Source: Gammaproteobacteria bacterium
GTDB lineage: Bacteria; Pseudomonadota; Gammaproteobacteria; Tethybacterales; Persebacteraceae
Assembly (NCBI GenBank): GCA_965221835.1
Contig: OZ244916.1
Location: 528,750-592,749, forward strand
Length of the DNA stretch: 64,000 nt
Direction: 5' to 3'
In this document: positions 1 to 7,297 of the stretch, in pieces
Layout of the letters: each line of letters opens with the position of its first letter
Numbering within the stretch: the stretch's first letter is position 1
Position numbers and translations under genes: made by a program
The notes under the pieces: generated by a model
The model's input: only the letters and a program-made list of their open reading frames with translations
Databases searched by the model: none
What the model was told of the DNA's origin: nothing

Positions 1-1440
1 GTCGGACAAAACCGCGAATTTATCGCCGTCTTTGATGAGTCCCATCGCAATGCCGGAAACATGCGCAGACAACGGTACACCGGCGTCCATCATGGAAAGC
101 GAACCGCCGCAAACCGATGCCATGGAACTGGAACCGTTGGATTCGGTAATTTCTGAAACCAGACGCAGCGAAAACGCGAAATCTTCTTTGTCCGGCAATA
201 CTGCCATTAAACCGCGTCTTGCCAAATGTCCGTGTCCAACTTCGCGGCGTTTGGGTGTGCCGGCGCGTCCGGTTTCGCCGGTGGCATAAGGCGGCATATT
301 GTAATGCACCATAAAACGGTCGTATTGCATTCCGGACAAGGCGTCAATTTTTTGTTCGTCGCGTTCGGCACCCATTGTCGTGATTACCAAAGATTGCGTT
401 TCGCCGCGCGTAAATAAGGCGGAACCGTGAGTGCGCGGCAAGACGCCGAGGCGGATGCTAATCGGGCGAATCGTGCGCGTGCCGCGTCCGTCAATGCGCG
501 GATTGCCGGCGAGAATTCGCCCGCGGACGATGCCGGATTCTATTTTTTTCAGTTGCGAACTGACGAGATTTTTTTCGAGCGGCGTGGAATCGGCGGAAAG
601 TACCGCATTTTCGCCGCTGCGGCGGATTTCGGATAACTTCGCGCTGCGTTCTTGTTTTTCGGTGATGTTGTAGGCGTCGGCGAAAGTGTCGGCGGTGGCG
701 GCTTGCAACGCCGATTTTTGCTCATCCGAAAGGGACGGGGCAGTCCAATCCCACGGCGTTCTGCCCGCTTCGCGTCCGAGATGTTCTATTGCGTCAATAA
801 TCGCTTGCATACTTTCGTGTCCGCCCAGTACCGAATTTAACATCGCCTCTTCGGAAAGTTCTTTCGCCTCAGATTCCACCATCAGAACGCCTTCGCGCGT
901 GCCGGCGACGATTAAATCCAGCGACGATTGGGAAAGTGCGCTTTGGTAAGGATTCATAACCGGTTTGCCGTCAATGTAGCCGACTCGCATTCCGCCGATG
1001 GGACCGGCGAAGGGAATGCCGGAAAGATGCAACGCTGCGGATGCGCCGACAATGGCGGGAATATCGGGATTGACTTCCGGATTGAACGACAAAACGCTTG
1101 CTAAAACTTGCGTTTCGTGATAAAAGAAATCGGGAAAAAGCGGGCGGATGGAGCGGTCAATTAGACGGCTGGTTAAAACTTCCTTGTCGCTGGGGCGACC
1201 TTCGCGCCGCAAAAAACTGCCGGGAATGCGTCCCGCCGCGTAATATTTTTCTTGATAATCCACAGTCAGCGGCAAAAATGTCGCGTCCGCTTTGGCATCC
1301 CGCCCTGCGGTGACGGCAACAAGAACGACGGTATCTTCCACATTGACCAGCACGGTCGCCCCCGCTTGTCTGCCGATTTCTCCGTATTCCAAAGTCGCTT
1401 GCCGGTCGCCGAGGGCGAAAGATTTTTTGTAGTGGGGCAT
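1..1440 (-). CDS. pnp: polyribonucleotide nucleotidyltransferase (PNPase), N-terminal ~480 codons; the rest lies outside the window
   Basis: Absent from the ORF track because it runs off the window edge. My minus-strand translation from ATG 1440 reads [32 protein letters not shown]...[38 protein letters not shown], a typical PNPase N-terminus. It lies directly downstream of rpsO, as in the canonical rpsO-pnp operon. Confidence 0.9.
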   Translation of the reverse strand, partial: MPHYKKSFALGDRQATLEYGEIGRQAGATVLVNVEDTVVLVAVTAGRDAKADATFLPLTVDYQEKYYAAGRIPGSFLRREGRPSDKEVLTSRLIDRSIRPLFPDFFYHETQVLASVLSFNPEVNPDIPAIVGASAALHLSGIPFAGPIGGMRVGYIDGKPVMNPYQSALSQSSLDLIVAGTREGVLMVESEAKELSEEAMLNSVLGGHESMQAIIDAIEHLGREAGRTPWDWTAPSLSDEQKSALQAATADTFADAYNITEKQERSAKLSEIRRSGENAVLSADSTPLEKNLVSSQLKKIESGIVRGRILAGNPRIDGRGTRTIRPISIRLGVLPRTHGSALFTRGETQSLVITTMGAERDEQKIDALSGMQYDRFMVHYNMPPYATGETGRAGTPKRREVGHGHLARRGLMAVLPDKEDFAFSLRLVSEITESNGSSSMASVCGGSLSMMDAGVPLSAHVSGIAMGLIKDGDKFAVLSD

Positions 1441-1457
1441 GATGGTTTCCTTGTTGT

Positions 1458-1500
1458 AAAAAAAAATAAAGTGCGCTGTTGCGTTGCCGATGCGGGGCGC
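1458..1500 (-). terminator. candidate rpsO terminator/attenuator in the rpsO-pnp spacer
   Basis: On the minus strand, an imperfect GC-rich hairpin (GCGCCCCGCATCGGCAACGCAACAGCGC) is followed by ACTTTATTTTTTTTT (A9 run at 1458-1466 on the plus strand). The stem is weak. Confidence 0.35.
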
Positions 1501-1501
1501 G

Positions 1502-1780
1502 TTATTTGCGCAAACCCAGAGTCGCGAGCGTTTTGCCGTGCGTTGCCGGATTTGTTCTTTTGAGATAGGCGGTCAGTTTGCGGCGGCGGGAAATCATTGC
1601 AATCAGCCCGCGGCGCGTGTGTTTGTCTTTTTTGTGGACGGAAAGATGGCGCGTCAGTTGGGTGATGCGTTCTGTTAGGCGGACGATTTGTACTTGCGAA
1701 GAACCGACATCTTTGTCGTGCAGACGCAAGGCGGCGATGTGGTCGCCGGAGTTGGGGGAGAGGGAGTGTGTGTCGTTCAT
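1502..1780 (-). CDS. rpsO: 30S ribosomal protein S15
   Basis: 92-aa ORF ...[50 protein letters not shown], a typical S15. Adjacent to pnp. Confidence 0.95.
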   Translation of the reverse strand: MNDTHSLSPNSGDHIAALRLHDKDVGSSQVQIVRLTERITQLTRHLSVHKKDKHTRRGLIAMISRRRKLTAYLKRTNPATHGKTLATLGLRK

Positions 1781-1913
1781 AAGTGTCGCCTTTTTTCGGA
1801 AAAAATGTTATTATACCGCAAAAAACGCCGAAAGAAGTTTATAATTTGAAAAAGTTTTTATATTTGACGAAAAAAACGGAAAAAAATATGTACGAAAATA
1901 TGCGAAAAATATT

Positions 1914-3218
1914 ATGTCGCCGCCGGTAATGCCCGATAGTGTCGTTTTCCCGTGCGGGACGGATGCCGATTTGTCCGCGTTGGCGGCGTATCGTGCGGCG
2001 GGCGGTTATGAAGTTTTGGAGCGCGTTTTGCGCGAAAAAATCAACCCGGACGATTTGCTGGCACAAATTAAAGAATCCGGATTGCGCGGGCGCGGCGGGG
2101 CGGGATTTCCGACCGGACTTAAATGGTCGTTCATTCCGCGCGGACTGCCGACCGATGTGTATCTCGTTTGCAACAGCGACGAAGGCGAACCCGGCACATT
2201 CAAAGATCGCGACATTTTGCGCCGCAATCCGCACCAATTAATTGAGGGAATGATTTTGGGCGCGTACATTATGGGCGCATCGCGCGGCTACAACTATATT
2301 CACGGCGAAATTTGGGAGGCGTACGAATTGATGGAACGGGCGGTGGACGAATCGCGCACCGCCGGTTATTTGGGCGATGATATTCTCGCTTCCGGATTTT
2401 CGTTTGAGTTGTACAATCATCATGGCTACGGGGCGTATATTTGCGGCGAAGAATCGGCGTTGCTGGAATCGTTGGAAGGCAAAAAAGGGCAGCCGCGCAA
2501 CAAACCGCCGTTTCCGGCGAGTAGCGGATTGTACGGCAAACCGACGACGATTAACAACACCGAAACTTTCGCGTGCGTTCCCTATATTTTGCGGCACGGC
2601 GGCGAAAAATTCGCGGCGCTCGGCAAACCGAACAACGGCGGCACGAAAGTTTTTTCGGTGTCCGGACATGTGGAAAAACCGGGCAACTACGAAGTGCCGC
2701 TCGGCTTTCCCTTCGCCGATTTGCTCAAAATGGCGGGCGGCGTGCGCGGCGGACGCAAACTGAAAGCGGTCATTCCCGGCGGTTCTTCGGTGCCGGTCGT
2801 GCCGGGCGAAAAAATGATGGAACTGACAATGGATTACGATTGTCTCGGCAAAGCGGGAACGATGTTAGGTGCGGGTTCGGTGATTGTGATGGACGAAAAT
2901 GTTTGTATGGTGCGGGCGTTAATGCGCCTTTCGTATTTTTATTTTGAAGAATCGTGCGGGCAATGCACGCCGTGCCGAGAAGGGACGGGCTGGCTGTATC
3001 GCGTCGTCAAACGGATAGAAGAAGGCGAGGGACGCGCGGACGATTTGGACTTACTAAAAAGCGTTTCCGACAACATAGACGGGCGAACGATTTGCGGTTT
3101 AGGCGCGGCAGCGGCAACACCGGTACGCAGTTTTATCAAACACTTCCGCGCAGAGTTTGATTATCATATTCAACACAAAAAATGCCTCCCCGGCACTTGC
3201 GGATTTGGCGATGAGTGA
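1914..3218 (+). CDS. nuoF: NADH-quinone oxidoreductase subunit F
   Basis: 434 aa with [18 protein letters not shown] (NADH/FMN site) and the C-terminal [12 protein letters not shown] 4Fe-4S motif. Confidence 0.95.
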   Translation: MSPPVMPDSVVFPCGTDADLSALAAYRAAGGYEVLERVLREKINPDDLLAQIKESGLRGRGGAGFPTGLKWSFIPRGLPTDVYLVCNSDEGEPGTFKDRDILRRNPHQLIEGMILGAYIMGASRGYNYIHGEIWEAYELMERAVDESRTAGYLGDDILASGFSFELYNHHGYGAYICGEESALLESLEGKKGQPRNKPPFPASSGLYGKPTTINNTETFACVPYILRHGGEKFAALGKPNNGGTKVFSVSGHVEKPGNYEVPLGFPFADLLKMAGGVRGGRKLKAVIPGGSSVPVVPGEKMMELTMDYDCLGKAGTMLGAGSVIVMDENVCMVRALMRLSYFYFEESCGQCTPCREGTGWLYRVVKRIEEGEGRADDLDLLKSVSDNIDGRTICGLGAAAATPVRSFIKHFRAEFDYHIQHKKCLPGTCGFGDE

Positions 3219-3234
3219 GGCGGTTTTCGCCGCC

Positions 3235-3987
3235 TTACTCCGCTTTCACCGATTTGCATTCCGGTAGATAGCGGCGTTTCAGAATTTCATACGGCGACTC
3301 CGGTCGGTAAATGTTGTTTTTGTCTGCGTCTAAACAATGGAAAGCGTAGCAATCTTTCAACAGCGTCTTCGTATTGACGCCAGTGGCTACGATAAAATGG
3401 TAATCCTTGCCCCATCCAAAATGCCGCCCCTTATCGGCTGTTCTGCACGGTGTTCTTCGGCAAAACCGAGGCGAACGTACTAATACTGCAAGTGTAGGGG
3501 GAGGGATAATTTGAGGTTTTTTACGCCTTGATGTCGCATACTCTGCCATTTCCACGACGAATTCGTGTTCTTTCGGAAATTTCATAAAGTGGTAGAATTC
3601 TTTTTCATGATCCATGGCAAAAACAATCTGGTTATCGCAATTAATCGGACGCAAGCAGACCATATTCATATCAGTACACCAGCCGCCGATTTTGCGAAGC
3701 AGTTCCCAGCGAAACCAATCCGAGCATCCGTCCAGCGATCTGCCGATAGAGTAAATTTTGCTTTTCGGCAAAATGTTTTCAGCGTTGCCCATAATCACCT
3801 TTCCCGGTGCCGTGTCGGACGGCAGATTCGGAATGTCGCCGTACGACCAAAGGTGAAAATCATGTCCGTTCGCGCAGAACGAGTGTATGCAAAGCCGTGC
3901 CAAATCAGAAAGCGGCTTGTCTTTGTCGTCCGGAGAAATCCAAAGTCCGTTAAATACTTTATTGTTGGTGGAAAATTTTTCGTTCAT
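3235..3987 (-). CDS. glycosyltransferase-like protein (DXD-motif sugar-binding / capsular-synthesis family), possibly degenerate
   Basis: 250 aa. N-terminal LWISPDDKDKPLSDLARLCIHSFCANGHDFHLWSY and central SDWFRWELLRKIGGWCTDMNMVCLRP match the family pattern I recall (sD..R..lL..yGG.Y.D.D). The DXD position reads D-M-N. AT-rich and on the opposite strand to the nuo genes. Confidence 0.55.
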   Translation of the reverse strand: MNEKFSTNNKVFNGLWISPDDKDKPLSDLARLCIHSFCANGHDFHLWSYGDIPNLPSDTAPGKVIMGNAENILPKSKIYSIGRSLDGCSDWFRWELLRKIGGWCTDMNMVCLRPINCDNQIVFAMDHEKEFYHFMKFPKEHEFVVEMAEYATSRRKKPQIIPPPTLAVLVRSPRFCRRTPCRTADKGRHFGWGKDYHFIVATGVNTKTLLKDCYAFHCLDADKNNIYRPESPYEILKRRYLPECKSVKAE

Positions 3988-4131
3988 AGCGGTCTCTTTC
4001 GTTTCCGCCTGAAAATCGGGCGATCATCCTCGTCATTATACGGAATTTCCTCCGAAATGCATAAAATACGATTCACGCCGCCCAATTTGCGTGTACAATA
4101 TCGGGTGTTTGAGTAGTTTGGAGGAATTATT

Positions 4132-4539
4132 ATGCATATCATTTATTGCGCTGTCTGTATTAATTATGGACCTGATAGGATAAACAAAAAATATATCGGA
4201 CGAACCCGATATATTTATGTCGACACGGGTGGACAGATTATTAGACCGAACCGGCGATCGTTAGACGAAGACCAGCGTACGCTTGTCAAAGTGCAGAATC
4301 GGCATTTGGAGTGTGCGCGTATCCGTGGAAATTGCCTGCATTTTTATAACGCCCTCCGATGCTACGGAAATGACCAGTTCTGTTGGGGCGTTATTGATAC
4401 TGCCGAAACTCGGAAAGAAGCGATTAAAAAAGAAACAGGGTATATCGTCAAGCATAAAACGTACAAGAGAGAATACGGATACAACCTTCTCCTCAATCAC
4501 TCCGATTTGCCGGATGAGCAAGGAGGGCTTTCAATATAA
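4132..4539 (+). CDS. stand-alone GIY-YIG nuclease domain protein (I-TevI-like catalytic domain, no DNA-binding tail)
   Basis: 135 aa: HIIYCAV...KKYIGRT...NRHLE...HFYNALRCYGNDQFCWGVID..ETRKEAIKKETGYI...EYGYNL. This parallels the I-TevI layout GIY..YVGS..RW.RH...LQRSFNKHGNVFECSILEE..E..WI..LNS..GYNI. GGAGG RBS about 8 nt upstream. 18/60 G+C at 4141-4200. Confidence 0.65.
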   Translation: MHIIYCAVCINYGPDRINKKYIGRTRYIYVDTGGQIIRPNRRSLDEDQRTLVKVQNRHLECARIRGNCLHFYNALRCYGNDQFCWGVIDTAETRKEAIKKETGYIVKHKTYKREYGYNLLLNHSDLPDEQGGLSI

Positions 4540-4608
4540 TTCATGCGTGCGCCGTGGATGTGATATGCAAAATGCTGAAAGTTGCGCAAACAGGGTATAA
4601 TATCAACG

Positions 4609-5019
4609 ATGAATGAGCAAGCGCAAACGCCGTTTTTTGCGGAAGTTGTCGCCGCTTTGCGCGAAAGTTTCCGCATTTCCGAAGCGGACAAACAGGCGAA
4701 ATTCGGGGTATTTCGGCGCTTTTTCTTCAATTTAATGCAAATCGGCGGGGCGGTGTTTTATCCTCTGTGGGTTGCGTCAAAAACGCCGCGGCAGTTGTTT
4801 TCGGATAACGCTGATTTATACAATCAAATGGCGGATGTCGGCTTTTGGCTTGTAGCGGCGGGCTGGTTTTTGTGCGCGTTGTTTTGCCGCGTGGAAATGA
4901 ACGACAAAAGCGGGCGCGTTCGTACGATGCATCCCGCCGGACAGTTCGGCGGACGAGTTTTGGCGGCGGGCGCGTTGCTATTAATCGCGGCGATTGCGAT
5001 TGATGCATTTGCGGCATAA
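4609..5019 (+). CDS. hypothetical small membrane protein (about 3 hydrophobic segments)
   Basis: Track ORF 4582-5019 trimmed to ATG 4609 (MNEQAQTPFF...). Hydrophobic stretches IGGAVFYPLWVA, VGFWLVAAGWFLCALF and VLAAGALLLIAAIAIDAF. No homolog recognised. Confidence 0.45.
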   Translation: MNEQAQTPFFAEVVAALRESFRISEADKQAKFGVFRRFFFNLMQIGGAVFYPLWVASKTPRQLFSDNADLYNQMADVGFWLVAAGWFLCALFCRVEMNDKSGRVRTMHPAGQFGGRVLAAGALLLIAAIAIDAFAA

Positions 5020-5059
5020 CGCCGCCTGCAATTTCGGCAAAATCTGATATAATTCCGAA

Positions 5060-5431
5060 ATGGGTGCGATTGCGAAGTTGAAGAATAACGGGCGGGCGGC
5101 GAATTCGGCGGTCGCGGTGCGCGTTAAATCTGCAAAAACGGCGGCGAAATCGGAGGAGTTGCCGGAATCGTATACGGACAAAGTGCGGCGGGGCGGCGGA
5201 CGGACGAAACTCGCCGAGGATGCGGGAGTTTTGTTTGAAAGAATTCAGGATTTTGCCGAAAAACACGAACTTCCGCGCGGATTGAAACGCCGATTGGATA
5301 ATTGCACCGATGCTTTGTGGGATTTGGAAATGGAAGAAGACGCGAAAAGCGGCGCATTGGAGCGCGGCTATGGCGAAGCGGCGAGGCGCGCGCGACTCAC
5401 CGGCGCACGCGGCGAAAATGATCCTTTGTGA
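5060..5431 (+). CDS. putative antitoxin partner (unclassified fold), copy 1
   Basis: 123 aa. Its stop overlaps the downstream GTG start (GTGA). Position and size fit the upstream partner of a type II TA pair. No DNA-binding fold recognised by eye. Confidence 0.45.
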   Translation: MGAIAKLKNNGRAANSAVAVRVKSAKTAAKSEELPESYTDKVRRGGGRTKLAEDAGVLFERIQDFAEKHELPRGLKRRLDNCTDALWDLEMEEDAKSGALERGYGEAARRARLTGARGENDPL

Positions 5432-5694
5432 AACATCGCAAAAATGCCGATTTTGACAAGGCATATTCGCGATTGCCGCCGCGCATACAACATCTTGCGG
5501 ACAAATGCTTTGAAAAACTACGCGAAAATCCGCCGCGTCCGTCCGTCCGTCTAAAACGAGTCGGATTGAATTGGGCGGCGCGAGTTGACGGAAACTACCG
5601 AATGACGGGAACGATGTCTGATGACGGCGAGAGTATTGAATGGTTTGATGTGGATACGCACAAAAAACGCGACAAACTTTTACGGCGGCGATAA
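5428..5694 (+). CDS. RelE/ParE-superfamily toxin-like protein, copy 1
   Basis: 88 aa: FDKAYSRLPPRIQHLADKCFEKLRENPPRPSVRLKRVGLNWAARVDGNYRMTGTMSDDGESIEWFDVDTHKKRDKLL. The pattern (LP..IQ, NP..PS.R.K.V, W.ARV...YR, I.WF......H) matches RelE/ParE toxins as I recall them. Confidence 0.6.
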   Translation: MKHRKNADFDKAYSRLPPRIQHLADKCFEKLRENPPRPSVRLKRVGLNWAARVDGNYRMTGTMSDDGESIEWFDVDTHKKRDKLLRRR

Positions 5695-5796
5695 CGCGAT
5701 TTTCCGCCATTCATAACCGGCGGAAAAAAGCCGCGTTTCGGGCGGGGAATCGGCAAATTGCCGCCGTCCGCCGCAAAAATCAGGTATAATTCCGAA

Positions 5797-6165
5797 ATGG
5801 GTGCGATTGCGAAATTGAAGAATAACGGGCGGGCGAATTCGGCGGTCGCGGTGCGCGTTAAATCTGCAAAAACGGCGGCGAAATCGGCGGAGTTGCCGGA
5901 ATCGTATACGGACAAAGTGCGGCGGGGCGGCGGGCGAACGAAACTCGCCGAGGATGCGGGAGTTTTGTTTGAAAGAATTCAGGATTTTGCCGAAAAACAC
6001 GAACTTCCGCGCGGATTGAAACGCCGATTGGATAATTGCACCGATGCTTTGTGGGATTTGGAAATGGAAGAAGACGCGAAAAGCGGCGCATTGGAGCGCG
6101 GCTATGGCGAAGCGGCGAGGCGCGCGCGACTCACCGGCGCACGCGGCGAAAATGATCCTTTGTGA
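5797..6165 (+). CDS. putative antitoxin partner, copy 2
   Basis: Track ORF 5758-6165 trimmed to the MGAIAKL start shared with copies 1 and 3. Differs from copy 1 by a one-codon indel (RAANS/RANS) and one E/A change. Confidence 0.45.
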   Translation: MGAIAKLKNNGRANSAVAVRVKSAKTAAKSAELPESYTDKVRRGGGRTKLAEDAGVLFERIQDFAEKHELPRGLKRRLDNCTDALWDLEMEEDAKSGALERGYGEAARRARLTGARGENDPL

Positions 6166-6428
6166 AACATCGCAAAAATGCCGATTTTGACAAGGCATAT
6201 TCGCGATTGCCGCTGCGCATACAACATCTTGCGGACAAATGCTTTGAAAAACTACGCGAAAATCCGCCGCGTCCGTCCGTCCGTCTAAAACGGGTCGGAT
6301 TGAATTGGGCGGCGCGAGTTGACGGAAACTACCGAATGACGGGAACGATGTCCGATGACGGCGAAAGTATTGAATGGTTTGATGTGGATACGCACAAAAA
6401 ACGCGACAAACTTTTACGGCGGCGATAA
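6162..6428 (+). CDS. RelE/ParE-superfamily toxin-like protein, copy 2
   Basis: 88 aa, identical to copy 1 except P18L. Same GTGA overlap. Confidence 0.6.
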   Translation: MKHRKNADFDKAYSRLPLRIQHLADKCFEKLRENPPRPSVRLKRVGLNWAARVDGNYRMTGTMSDDGESIEWFDVDTHKKRDKLLRRR

Positions 6429-6530
6429 CGCGATTTTTTGCCATTCATAACCGGCGGAAAAAAGCCGTGTTTCGGGCGGGAAATCGGCAAATTGCCGCCG
6501 TCCGCCGCGAAAATCTGATATAATTCCGAA

Positions 6531-6914
6531 ATGGGTGCGATTGCGAAATTGAAGAATAACGGGCGGGCGAATTCGGCGGTCGTGGCGCGCGTTAAATCTG
6601 CAAAAACGGCGGCGAAATCGGAGGAGTTGCCGGAATCGTATACGGACAAAGTGCGGCGGGGCGGCGGACGGACAAAACTCGCCGAGGATGCGGGAGTTTT
6701 GTTTGAAAGAATTCAGGATTTTGCCGAAAAACACGAACTTCCGCGCGGATTGAAACGCCGATTGGATAATTGCACCGATGCTTTGTGGGATTTGGAAATG
6801 GAAGAAGACGCGAAAAGCGGCGCATTGGAGCGCGGCTATGGCGCGATTGCCCGGTCTTCGGGAAAAAGCATTCCGTTGGAAGAGGCGCTGGAAAAAATGA
6901 AATCTCGGCGGTGA
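6531..6914 (+). CDS. putative antitoxin partner, copy 3 (divergent C-terminus)
   Basis: 127 aa. The first ~104 residues are near-identical to copies 1 and 2. The C-terminus is replaced by AIARSSGKSIPLEEALEKMKSRR. Confidence 0.45.
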   Translation: MGAIAKLKNNGRANSAVVARVKSAKTAAKSEELPESYTDKVRRGGGRTKLAEDAGVLFERIQDFAEKHELPRGLKRRLDNCTDALWDLEMEEDAKSGALERGYGAIARSSGKSIPLEEALEKMKSRR

Positions 6915-7180
6915 TAAAACATCGCATCAAAGAAAAATTTTGGAAGCGGTATAAGAAGTTACCGCCGCGCATACAATCTCTTGTGGATGAATGTTTTGGG
7001 AAGTTGCACGAAAATCCGCCGCGTCCGTCCGTCCGTCTAAAACGGGTCGGATTGAATTGGGCGGCGCGAGTTGACAAAAACTACCGAATGACGGGAACGA
7101 TGTCCGATGACGGCGAGAGTATTGAATGGTTTGATGTGGACACGCACAAAAAACGCGACAAACTTTTGCGGCGGCGATAG
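6911..7180 (+). CDS. RelE/ParE-superfamily toxin-like protein, copy 3 (divergent N-terminus)
   Basis: Track ORF 6770-7180 trimmed to the in-frame GTG at 6911, which overlaps the upstream stop as in copies 1 and 2. The N-terminal ~33 aa differ (IKHRIKEKFWKRYKKLPPRIQSLVDECFGKLHE). The last ~55 aa match copy 1 except for one G/K change. Confidence 0.55.
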   Translation: MIKHRIKEKFWKRYKKLPPRIQSLVDECFGKLHENPPRPSVRLKRVGLNWAARVDKNYRMTGTMSDDGESIEWFDVDTHKKRDKLLRRR

Positions 7181-7245
7181 CGCCCGTTTTTTGTCGCCCG
7201 AAAAACTTTAACTTGCGTTTAACTTGCGGAAATTCGCAAAAAAAT

Positions 7246-7272
7246 CCGTCCGCCGCAAAAATCAGGTATAAT
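7246..7272 (+). promoter_or_regulatory. promoter-like 27-mer CCGTCCGCCGCAAAAATCAGGTATAAT upstream of nuoG
   Basis: Identical 27-mer at 5764-5790 (upstream of TA copy 2). The -10 hexamer TATAAT is at 7267-7272. A related AAAATCAGGTATAATT occurs at 15217-15233, upstream of the 928-aa surface-protein gene. Confidence 0.5.
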
Positions 7273-7297
7273 TTGCCGATGAAAAAGGGGCATCGCC

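Larger units (their letters stand above)
5033..7272 (+). repeat. tandem triplication (periods 737 and 734 bp between the partner-gene ATGs) of promoter plus two-gene module
   Basis: The ATGs at 5060, 5797 and 6531 are each preceded by AAAATC(T/A)G(A/G)TATAATTCCGAA. Inter-copy spacers 5693-5775 and 6427-6508 are near-identical. The same 27-mer recurs at 7246-7272. Confidence 0.9.

Noticed and set aside
3219-3234. Bidirectional terminator between the convergent nuoF and glycosyltransferase-like genes
   Set aside because: Only a 5-bp GGCGG/CCGCC stem, with no flanking T- or A-run. Too weak to call.
4727-6444. Long minus-strand ORFs (327 aa and 254 aa) spanning the toxin-antitoxin array
   Set aside because: They are antisense to the repeated plus-strand modules, are rich in Arg/Pro/Ala as GC-rich shadow frames usually are, have no recognisable domains, and merely repeat because the DNA repeats.
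5033-7272. CRISPR array (regular repeats at 5033-7272 and 61975-62305)
   Set aside because: The periods are 734-737 bp and 125 bp, with whole units repeated rather than short repeats separated by unique spacers. No cas genes are present.
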